Under the pieces are notes generated by a model. That model had not been told where the DNA came from. It saw only the letters and a list, made by a program, of their open reading frames with translations, and ran no database searches. This document shows positions 1 through 6,638 of a stretch of 34,585 bases of DNA, piece after piece. The stretch comes from a virus. Lineage: Duplodnaviria > Heunggongvirae > Uroviricota > Caudoviricetes. A program made the translations under genes and the position numbers. The stretch's first letter is position 1; each line of letters opens with the position of its first letter. The stretch is taken from positions 1-34,585 of IMG/VR virus record IMGVR_UViG_3300032286_000363; one strand, 5' to 3'.

Positions 1-135
1 AGCAACGATTGATTCAGTTAATCCAGTAATTGCTGCATCTTTTGCAGAAATTAAGATAGCAATTTGTTCTTGCTCAGCATCAAGAGCAGCTTGTAATTCA
101 TCTACTTTCATAGAGATTTCTTCTAATGTAGCCAT
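1..135 (-). CDS. Coiled-coil hypothetical protein, 3' end truncated by the window edge (not in ORF track)
   Basis: Hand translation from ATG at 135: MATLEEISMKVDELQAALDAEQEQIAILISAKDAAITGLTESIVA..., open to position 1. A-rich upstream region AAAAACAAATAAAC-ATG. Confidence 0.75.
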   Translation of the reverse strand, partial: MATLEEISMKVDELQAALDAEQEQIAILISAKDAAITGLTESIVA

Positions 136-154
136 GTTTATTTGTTTTTAGAGG

Positions 155-352
155 TTAAACGGTTGAATTAATATCATCTATAGATTCTTCTAACTTATCA
201 TATATTTCTTGCTTGAGCTTTGTGTTCTCAGCAAGAATCATATCAAGTTTTTTTTCTATCTGCCTAAGTCTTTTCTTAGTGTCATTATCTATAGAGTCAT
301 TTTCTATATTGTCATTATCTTTAACGTTGATAATAAAGGTAAATAGTCTCAT
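155..352 (-). CDS. Hypothetical protein, acidic with a short coiled coil
   Basis: 65-aa ORF that fills the gap between neighbours on the coding strand. Heptad-like KRLRQIEKKLDMILAENTKLKQEI. Confidence 0.6.
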   Translation of the reverse strand: MRLFTFIINVKDNDNIENDSIDNDTKKRLRQIEKKLDMILAENTKLKQEIYDKLEESIDDINSTV

Positions 353-358
353 ATTAAT

Positions 359-538
359 TTATTTTGATAATCTTTTTTGCATCATTGGTTGCATAGGTGA
401 TGTTCGTATTGCTTTGTCATCCATAGATTTATTCTTGGAAAAAGGTTTATCCTTCTTAGGAATACCAACCTTTGGAGCTTTTCTTGGAGCTCCTGATTTC
501 TTAGCTTTACCAGCTGTCATAGATTTACTTGCAGCCAT
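359..538 (-). CDS. Small Lys-rich basic protein (59 aa)
   Basis: The track ORF is 359..565. The likely start is MAASKSMTAGKAKK at 538, which overlaps the upstream stop by only a few codons. Strongly basic. Confidence 0.65.
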   Translation of the reverse strand: MAASKSMTAGKAKKSGAPRKAPKVGIPKKDKPFSKNKSMDDKAIRTSPMQPMMQKRLSK

Positions 539-752
539 ATTTACATTTTTTAGCCATCTTACCACCAGATTTCATCATAGGTTTCATAGAAGCAGCTTCA
601 CCACCATAGTTCATTTTCTTCTTTACTTTCGTTCCTTTCTTAGCTGTCTTAGGAAGAACACCTCTTCCAATTAACACATCTTTGAAAGTGGTTTTACCAT
701 CTTTATTAAGATCAAAAGAACCACCTTTTTTTGCTTTTTTTACAGTTGCCAT
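525..752 (-). CDS. Small Lys-rich basic protein with an EF-hand-like loop
   Basis: 75 aa, very K-rich. Contains DLNKDGKTTFKD followed by VLIGRGV, repeated xGG motifs, and a C-terminal KKCKYGCK. Confidence 0.75.
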   Translation of the reverse strand: MATVKKAKKGGSFDLNKDGKTTFKDVLIGRGVLPKTAKKGTKVKKKMNYGGEAASMKPMMKSGGKMAKKCKYGCK

Positions 753-755
753 TAT

Positions 756-887
756 TTACTTTTTTAAAGTGTCAACAATTTTGATTGAATCAGAGATTTT
801 AGTTGAATCAGTAGAAACAACTTCTGTAGAAGCACCACCACCACATGCTGATAACGCTACAGCTAATACGAATAACAATTTTTTCAT
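756..887 (-). CDS. Small lipoprotein (43 aa; not in ORF track)
   Basis: Hand translation MKKLLFVLAVALSA-CGGGASTEVVSTDSTKISDSIKIVDTLKK*. Has the basic n-region, hydrophobic h-region and LSAC lipobox of a signal peptidase II substrate. Confidence 0.85.
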   Translation of the reverse strand: MKKLLFVLAVALSACGGGASTEVVSTDSTKISDSIKIVDTLKK

Positions 888-907
888 TTTTATATTTTAG
901 ATTTTAT

Positions 908-1126
908 TTACAAACTTAATAACAAAACAAGTAGTCCACCAGCCATAGTCCATATGAAATCCCACCAGTCTGGTGTTCCTTTTTTAGAATAATAATCATA
1001 TGCTTCTTTACCTGCACCAATAACTATAACTGGAATCATAGACAACCAATTATTCAATACAATATTAGATAATATGTATATAATCAAACCAGCAGTAAAG
1101 TGATAAACCTTATCTATATGTTTCAT
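908..1126 (-). CDS. Small membrane protein, VanZ/YfiM-like
   Basis: DKVYHF...GAGKEAYD...G..DWWDFIWT.AGG pattern with 2-3 hydrophobic segments. Confidence 0.6.
   Translation of the reverse strand: MKHIDKVYHFTAGLIIYILSNIVLNNWLSMIPVIVIGAGKEAYDYYSKKGTPDWWDFIWTMAGGLLVLLLSL
911..918 (-). promoter_or_regulatory. Bacteroidota-type -7 promoter element upstream of the lipoprotein gene
   Basis: TAAGTTTG on the minus strand matches TAnnTTTG and lies 24 nt before the ATG at 887. No clear -33 TTG at the expected spacing. Confidence 0.4.
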
Positions 1127-1138
1127 AAATTGTATTTC

Positions 1139-1450
1139 TTAATTGATGTAAGTTGAAGCCCAAATCAGATTTACAACAGCAGATACAAAGAACATCATCC
1201 ACACTTGGTTAATTACAGGTTGTTTAGGATTGATATTTAAGTCCCCGAAATGTTTTGGATGAGTTGTATAGTTTGAAAAGCCATACGTTATCCCACTACC
1301 TATAAAAGCAGACAATAAACCTATAAATCCAAACCACCATTGGTGTGTATCAGGAATAAATAATGGAAAAGGCATTCCAATCATAAAAAACATTCCTATT
1401 AACCACTTTAATTGTTTCATATTATATTTTATTTTATTTAGCATTTCCAT
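1139..1450 (-). CDS. Hypothetical membrane protein (about 3 TM segments)
   Basis: Three hydrophobic stretches. The true start may be the downstream MKQLKW at 1420. Confidence 0.65.
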   Translation of the reverse strand: MEMLNKIKYNMKQLKWLIGMFFMIGMPFPLFIPDTHQWWFGFIGLLSAFIGSGITYGFSNYTTHPKHFGDLNINPKQPVINQVWMMFFVSAVVNLIWASTYIN

Positions 1451-1794
1451 TTTTTTCTTGCTAATCTTAATCTACTATTTGGATCTTTTGCTGCTTTAGG
1501 AAACTTTTTCATTTGCCCTGCAGATCTAGCACAGAATGATTTTTTTCTAGGGCCACCTTCTGGTTGTGGAGCTTTAAGATGTGATCCAGGATTAGCAGCA
1601 TTGTATGAAGCTCTACCTTTAGCATTTAATCCACCTGAAGGATTCTTTCCTTCTTTTCTTTGCCAAGCTGGACTGCTACCACCATTCTTTAAAGAAGATC
1701 CTTTAAATGGACCTTTCTTCTTAATAAGAGGACCATTAGATACAGGTGTAATACCGCCTTTTTTATTTACTATTGCTCTTCCCATTTCTTCCAA
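1438..1794 (-). CDS. Basic phage protein, DUF6321-like
   Basis: AWQRKEGKNPSGGLNAKGRASYN...RKKSFCARS...DPNSRL...KKWKC is a pattern recalled from aquatic phage DUF6321 proteins. The start may be MGRAIV at 1785. Confidence 0.75.
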   Translation of the reverse strand: MEEMGRAIVNKKGGITPVSNGPLIKKKGPFKGSSLKNGGSSPAWQRKEGKNPSGGLNAKGRASYNAANPGSHLKAPQPEGGPRKKSFCARSAGQMKKFPKAAKDPNSRLRLARKKWKC

Positions 1795-1972
1795 ATGTTA
1801 TATTGTTCTTAACTATAATGTCCTTGTGACAATATTGCCACATTTCTCCTGTAGAATCAATAATCACTGTATAAATTGTATCAGTTTCATGACCGTAGTC
1901 TGTAACTAACCAAATGATACCATCACCTTTAGGTGTACTAACTTCCACTCTATTGTGAGGTTCGTATATCAT
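1763..1972 (-). CDS. Conserved hypothetical phage protein (TPKG...DYG.E...TGE.W...NITFGR)
   Basis: 69-aa beta-rich ORF. The motif pattern is recalled from freshwater phage proteins; function unknown. Confidence 0.65.
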   Translation of the reverse strand: MIYEPHNRVEVSTPKGDGIIWLVTDYGHETDTIYTVIIDSTGEMWQYCHKDIIVKNNITFGRNGKSNSK

Positions 1973-1973
1973 A

Positions 1974-2972
1974 CTATAATGTATTTCTAAAATCAGTTGT
2001 AAGATCTGTCCAAGTTCCTGAGTTTCTCAACCATAATTCATTAAAGTTTATAGATGGTGCATATCCATCATCTACATTAATAAATGTTCCAGATAGGAAA
2101 TAAAGATCTTTTTGTCCTGTAAGAACAGGAATCAATGTATTCTTTAAATCTGTAAAACTTGCCACTCTTATATATTCTGTAGCTAATTTAACACCAGCAC
2201 TGTATTTAGTGGGGTCTAAAACAAAGTTATAAGGAGCAGAACAAAGTGTAGCTCTATTTGTATATAGAATACTAGCAAGTGTATAGTATTGATCATTATC
2301 AGCAAATACACCAGCACCTCTAGTTGGAGCAGAACCACCAGAACCATTTGTCATAACCCAGTTAGCAGCTGTAACAACAGCACCACAGGTATTATCACTT
2401 GTAGCAGAAGTCTTTCCTCTTCTTAACATTCTACCTACATTATCATTAGCAGTAACAAGATCAGCTTGTTGTGTAACTCCTATGTGAGGCATGTTAATTA
2501 ACAATAATGGTCCATCAGTAGGAGTCATTGTTGTAGCATGACTTTGCCAAGCTTGTAATGCTAGAGCTCCTGTATGAGGATAACCAGCTAATCCACCACC
2601 CATAAATGGTCCAAGATAGGAATTTAATGCTGGAGGATTTTGTCCTATGTTATTAATATCAGCAAACTCAGAAGCATTAACATCATCTGAACACACTGTA
2701 AGATTTAAAACTGTATCACTGGTTTTCACACCTCTATCAGAAAGGAATAATTGTAATCTTGTAGCAAGATGTTGAGCTAATACAGCATCTGGATAGGTTG
2801 TTTGTACAACATCAAGATAGTGCTGAGTAGTCTTATTAAAATATTCTATAGGTTGAACCTCTTTCCATATACCCACCTTAGGAGCATGAGTGTATAAACC
2901 AAGACTTCCTGGTACTATTTCTCCATTTCTTAGAAACCTTGCATAAGGTTTTAACTTTATACTTTTTGTCAT
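1974..2972 (-). CDS. LCIB/LCIC-family (theta-class) carbonic anhydrase with an N-terminal phage module
   Basis: Collinear LCIB-family motifs: YPDA...; C94-S-D96; PFMGGGLAGYP.TG..A...H; PH163IG; VGRMLRRG; TC196GA; C-terminal SGTFIN. The Cys/His/Cys Zn triad is at 2691-2693, 2484-2486 and 2385-2387. Confidence 0.85.
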   Translation of the reverse strand: MTKSIKLKPYARFLRNGEIVPGSLGLYTHAPKVGIWKEVQPIEYFNKTTQHYLDVVQTTYPDAVLAQHLATRLQLFLSDRGVKTSDTVLNLTVCSDDVNASEFADINNIGQNPPALNSYLGPFMGGGLAGYPHTGALALQAWQSHATTMTPTDGPLLLINMPHIGVTQQADLVTANDNVGRMLRRGKTSATSDNTCGAVVTAANWVMTNGSGGSAPTRGAGVFADNDQYYTLASILYTNRATLCSAPYNFVLDPTKYSAGVKLATEYIRVASFTDLKNTLIPVLTGQKDLYFLSGTFINVDDGYAPSINFNELWLRNSGTWTDLTTDFRNTL

Positions 2973-3130
2973 TATTTTCCTTTTCTAGCTTTGGCCATTT
3001 TCTTAAGAGTGTGAGCTAATGCTTTCCTTTTCGGTGTACAAGTGGGCTTACTTTCAGGTGTGCAAAAACCCTTATGTTTAGGATTGATTGCCTTCTGTAT
3101 CCACTTTTTATCCTTCTTAGCTGTAGCCAT
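2972..3130 (-). CDS. Small basic protein (52 aa; not in ORF track)
   Basis: Hand translation MATAKKDKKWIQKAINPKHKGFCTPESKPTCTPKRKALAHTLKKMAKARKGK*. Its stop overlaps the carbonic anhydrase ATG (TAATG). Confidence 0.85.
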   Translation of the reverse strand: MATAKKDKKWIQKAINPKHKGFCTPESKPTCTPKRKALAHTLKKMAKARKGK

Positions 3131-3132
3131 AA

Positions 3133-3486
3133 CTATTTCTTTTTAGACATTTTACCACCCATTTTTTTCTGAGGAAGACCTGGACTAGTTCCATAAGCTT
3201 TTTTAGAAAACTTAGTTTCTTTTTCTCTAGCTTCAGCAGCTTTTTTTCTAAGGCCACTTGCTTTACTAGTTCCCATTGCATTCACTGCCTTTGCACTATA
3301 ATCATCAAACTGCTTACCGTAGATTGCAACACTATCCTTATAATTAGGAGACTTTGTGCTTTCACTAGTAGTTGTACCAAGTTTAGCCTTTGTTACCTTC
3401 CCACCTGCTTTCATCATTGGAGCAGCTTTCTTAGCTGATTTTTTAACCATAGACTTTTTAGCCATGGGTTTTTTCATCATTGCCAT
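3133..3486 (-). CDS. Lys/Met/Ala-rich basic protein (histone-H1-like composition)
   Basis: 117 aa. MAMMKKPMAKKSMVKKSAKKAAPMMKAGGKV at the N-terminus and KKMGGKMSKKK at the C-terminus. Confidence 0.75.
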   Translation of the reverse strand: MAMMKKPMAKKSMVKKSAKKAAPMMKAGGKVTKAKLGTTTSESTKSPNYKDSVAIYGKQFDDYSAKAVNAMGTSKASGLRKKAAEAREKETKFSKKAYGTSPGLPQKKMGGKMSKKK

Positions 3487-3492
3487 TGTAAA

Positions 3493-3639
3493 TTATTTAG
3501 ATTTTGATTTAATCTTTTTCTCCTGTTGAAGCATTTGTTTAGTGGGCTTCTTACCACTTCCTTTATTCGCACGGAGGTTGTCCCACAACCCTCGTTGTGA
3601 GACAGAACCATCCTTACGTTTAATCATTTGCTTAGGCAT
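3493..3639 (-). CDS. Small basic protein (48 aa; not in ORF track)
   Basis: Hand translation MPKQMIKRKDGSVSQRGLWDNLRANKGSGKKPTKQMLQQEKKIKSKSK*. The GLWDN.RA...PT pattern is recalled from phage basic peptides. Confidence 0.8.
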   Translation of the reverse strand: MPKQMIKRKDGSVSQRGLWDNLRANKGSGKKPTKQMLQQEKKIKSKSK

Positions 3640-3803
3640 TAGCTAACTTTCTTTACATCTTGAGCAGAAAATCCTAAGAAGAACAATCCTACAGCTTGTA
3701 TGATTTGTCCAACAAGGTTTAACACTCCTATTTGAGTGTTTACTAAAAATGTTCCAGCAGCAGCTAAAAGGCCACCGATTGTTGTTTTCCAACTTTGATT
3801 CAT
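3639..3803 (-). CDS. Small two-TM membrane protein, holin-like (54 aa; not in ORF track)
   Basis: Hand translation MNQSWKTTIGGLLAAAGTFLVNTQIGVLNLVGQIIQAVGLFFLGFSAQDVKKVS*. SWKTT.G start, two hydrophobic helices and a charged tail. TAATG-coupled to the next gene. Confidence 0.75.
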   Translation of the reverse strand: MNQSWKTTIGGLLAAAGTFLVNTQIGVLNLVGQIIQAVGLFFLGFSAQDVKKVS

Positions 3804-3832
3804 AACTTGAAGTTTAATTGTTACAGAATAAA

Positions 3833-4069
3833 TTATTCACTAACTTCTTCAGGAGCTTCTTTAACAACACCATTTTCAACAGCCTTAGCTAATGTAGCTT
3901 CAACAATTGTGTTAGCTTGGTTTGCTAATAAGATTTTACTTGCTTCAGGTGTGCTAAGAATAGCTCTTAAAGTGTTTAAAATTACACCAAATTCTCCTCC
4001 AGATAGAGTGAAAGAATCTTCAGGTGTCCATGAGTACTTTTTGTTTGGATCGTAGGTGATCTTTTCCAT
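3833..4069 (-). CDS. Hypothetical protein
   Basis: 78-aa ORF downstream of a predicted promoter, with the A-rich initiation region AAACCAAAATAAATCAAC-ATG. Confidence 0.7.
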   Translation of the reverse strand: MEKITYDPNKKYSWTPEDSFTLSGGEFGVILNTLRAILSTPEASKILLANQANTIVEATLAKAVENGVVKEAPEEVSE

Positions 4070-4093
4070 GTTGATTTATTTTGGTTTAAAAAA

Positions 4094-4125
4094 CGAAGAT
4101 ATGTATTTGATTTGTAATTTCCAAA
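4094..4125 (-). promoter_or_regulatory. Bacteroidota sigma70-type promoter
   Basis: TTTG-N20-TATCTTCG, one mismatch to TAnnTTTG, in the intergenic gap 4070-4126. Confidence 0.65.
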
Positions 4126-4126
4126 T

Positions 4127-4411
4127 TTAATTTAGCTCTATGTCAAAAGTTATTGTTGCAGAAGTTTTAATACTCTTGCTCATATTTAATTTGATTTGGA
4201 ACATGTTGTGAAACTTTAACAACTCCTCTAATAGAAGATTGTTATATTTAGGAACAGATGTTGCTATTCTAAAATGATATGATTCTGGACCTCTGGTTAT
4301 TTCCATTGAACAAAGCTCATCTATGGAATCAATAAGTCCTTCTAAATGTGAGAAGTATGCAAGCTCATTGTCTGGCATAATCTCAGGAAAAAACTTCTTA
4401 TTTATTTGCAT
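4127..4411 (-). CDS. Hypothetical protein
   Basis: 94-aa ORF, TAATG-coupled to the upstream Dps-like gene. Confidence 0.7.
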   Translation of the reverse strand: MQINKKFFPEIMPDNELAYFSHLEGLIDSIDELCSMEITRGPESYHFRIATSVPKYNNLLLEELLKFHNMFQIKLNMSKSIKTSATITFDIELN

Positions 4412-4833
4412 TAAGACAGGGTTAACAAATACAATGTTTTAGCTGCTTCTCCAGATAGAGATTGTGCAATGTTTTCAATGTCACACATGTTATTAGCTTC
4501 TCCATACTCTTCCAACTCTTTAGCAAACATCTTAAGATCGTTCACCACAGATTTTGTTATTCCTATAGAGTAGTCTCTTAACATTTCGTGCTTCATTGCT
4601 TTAGGACGAGTTCCAGAATAGCCCATTATTTTTTCTACAATCTCATCCTTCAAGTCAAACACCTTATCATATAGTCCACCAAGAGCTTGGTGTTCTGCAT
4701 AACTAGTTGTTTGCCAATGTAATAGATGTAATTGGTCTACAAAATGTGTAAGCTTAGCAGCTATGCTGTCTAAGTTTAGAGAGCTTCCTCCCACACCTTC
4801 CATCATTCCTTCTGGGAATATTGATAATGCCAT
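4411..4833 (-). CDS. Dps-like ferritin-fold protein (DUF5856-like)
   Basis: LHLLHWQTTSYAEHQALGGLYDKVFDLKDEIVEKIMG reproduces the Dps H-W...H...D...E ferroxidase-centre spacing. Predicted all-helical, 140 aa. Confidence 0.75.
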   Translation of the reverse strand: MALSIFPEGMMEGVGGSSLNLDSIAAKLTHFVDQLHLLHWQTTSYAEHQALGGLYDKVFDLKDEIVEKIMGYSGTRPKAMKHEMLRDYSIGITKSVVNDLKMFAKELEEYGEANNMCDIENIAQSLSGEAAKTLYLLTLS

Positions 4834-4843
4834 AAAGTTTGGT

Positions 4844-5581
4844 TTATATAGATACAGTCATCGTTAATGCTTGTTGTCCAGAGCAAATAGCTTGCTTCTG
4901 AAGATCTGTCATCACTAAAGTTAAATTTGTACCACCTGTTGTAGAGAAAACTCCAAGAACAGGATATGTAGTATTTAATCTAGTAACAAGGTCTGCAACA
5001 GTAGTAGACGATTGTGAAGAAGCAAGAGTTAAAACTAATGAATTAGATTGTTTAATTGAAACTATTACAGTACCATTGAACGCTGTAAGAGGTGTGATTA
5101 CTAAGTTTCCTACTCCTGTAGCTAATACATTAAGGGTTGTAGTTGCAGCTATTGCTGATGTAGTTACACCACCAAATGCTACACTAATACTTCCAGCAGA
5201 TGCACCAGTGATTGTAATACTAATTGTATATCGTTTACCTACTACAGCAGCTAATGAATTAGATAAAGCAGCTGTTCCTGTTGCATGAGCATATCCTGCA
5301 GCAAATGAACCAGACCATCCTGTACCAGCAGTCCAACCAGTGCTAGAAAGTAATTCACTTCCTATAGAACCACCACAATACATTCTCACTTTAAAGTTAG
5401 TGATTGCTGTAGCTACAGTTGTAGTTAATGTGTGATCTGTACAACATTCATATCCTTGTACTTCTGTCCATTTACCAACTTTAGGTTTTTGTCTTCTCAA
5501 GATCAATGATCCTGCAACAACTCTTCCGCTACCATCATAGCGAACAAAGGCTCTTAAGTCTTTCTTATTGTTTCCATTCAT
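4844..5581 (-). CDS. Putative virion structural/decoration protein with a beta-sandwich (CBM-like) domain
   Basis: N-terminal module shared with the carbonic anhydrase. The Thr/Gly/Ala-rich central region GWTAGTGWS...VVGKRYTISITI...GSISV...LVITP..FNGTV.VSIK has a galactose-binding/CBM-like strand pattern. Confidence 0.6.
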   Translation of the reverse strand: MNGNNKKDLRAFVRYDGSGRVVAGSLILRRQKPKVGKWTEVQGYECCTDHTLTTTVATAITNFKVRMYCGGSIGSELLSSTGWTAGTGWSGSFAAGYAHATGTAALSNSLAAVVGKRYTISITITGASAGSISVAFGGVTTSAIAATTTLNVLATGVGNLVITPLTAFNGTVIVSIKQSNSLVLTLASSQSSTTVADLVTRLNTTYPVLGVFSTTGGTNLTLVMTDLQKQAICSGQQALTMTVSI

Positions 5582-5593
5582 AACTAATTGTTT

Positions 5594-6622
5594 TTAGGGG
5601 TTATAGGTTAAATTATATTTATTTTTTAATTCAATAAGTTGTATAACATAATGATGTGTACAATACTTTGCACTTTCTTCACTATTTAAAACAATGTTTA
5701 AATGAGAATCGTTAAAAGGATTTTTACCAGTGTGATATTTTCCTTTATAGAAAGCTGGATAACCTTTCATATAGTCTCCCACTATTCCTGCATTATGTAA
5801 AATTGTACATCTACTTAATTTCTCAATAGGATCTGAGCTCCAAGCAAATTCCATTTCTGGAACATTCTTTGTTTCTAAGTCTCTCTTCCAAAGGTTCCAA
5901 AGAACAGCCCACATATCAGCGCACCAACTTTGAAATCCTGTATCCTCATCCTTAAAAAACTCCTTATTTACATTTTGTAAATACACTCTTAAATAAAGAC
6001 AATGATTTTTAACATCTTCCCAAAAAGAAGCATCTATATTCTTAAGGAAGTATTGTGCACCTCCTGAATGTAGATTGTTCTTTTCACATGTTGCTCTATC
6101 TATTCCTACAAGACTAGTTGCATTACCAAGGATGTCATGTTTTTTATATTCCTCTAGTTTATTTGGAAGAACATCCTTAATCTTACTATCAAAATATGAA
6201 GCGTTTACATAACTATTTGTATCAGATAGATAGCAAACATCGTCATCTATAAACTTAGAAACATCAAACTTCTCTGTAAAAACAATGTCTGAATCACAAT
6301 AGAACACAGCATTATTTTTCATATCTGGATTGTCTTTAAAATATCTTTGAAGACAATAAGGTCTAAGAACAGGTATGTAAACACCAATTTTATCACTTAT
6401 ATCATTCTCTTCATCTTTGTAGAAAACAAATTCTGCTTCTGGATAGAGGTTTACAACCTTTTCCCATCTTGCAGATGCTTTGTCTCTAAAGGAAGGAGTG
6501 AACACAAGAACAATAGCCTTGTCTGACATTCCTATTTTCCTAAGACTCTCAATCCATAAATGCACTTGCCAAACATAATAATTATCATCAGGCTGGCATA
6601 CTACGAACTTTAGTTCCTTCAT
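5594..6622 (-). CDS. GT-A glycosyltransferase, resembling the peptidyl-serine galactosyltransferase / Hyp O-arabinosyltransferase family
   Basis: N-terminal C..D.YY.WQ..L..ES motif, a DxD-type FYCDSDIVF motif, WCADMWA.LW, and a C-terminal ILHNAG. Confidence 0.65.
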   Translation of the reverse strand: MKELKFVVCQPDDNYYVWQVHLWIESLRKIGMSDKAIVLVFTPSFRDKASARWEKVVNLYPEAEFVFYKDEENDISDKIGVYIPVLRPYCLQRYFKDNPDMKNNAVFYCDSDIVFTEKFDVSKFIDDDVCYLSDTNSYVNASYFDSKIKDVLPNKLEEYKKHDILGNATSLVGIDRATCEKNNLHSGGAQYFLKNIDASFWEDVKNHCLYLRVYLQNVNKEFFKDEDTGFQSWCADMWAVLWNLWKRDLETKNVPEMEFAWSSDPIEKLSRCTILHNAGIVGDYMKGYPAFYKGKYHTGKNPFNDSHLNIVLNSEESAKYCTHHYVIQLIELKNKYNLTYNP

Positions 6623-6638
6623 ATATGTAGTTTTGGTT

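Noticed and set aside
455-2885. APKVGI shared between the basic peptide 359..538 and the carbonic anhydrase N-terminal module
   Set aside because: Only 6 residues, and the flanking Trp and beta-hairpin residues of the module are absent; probably coincidence.
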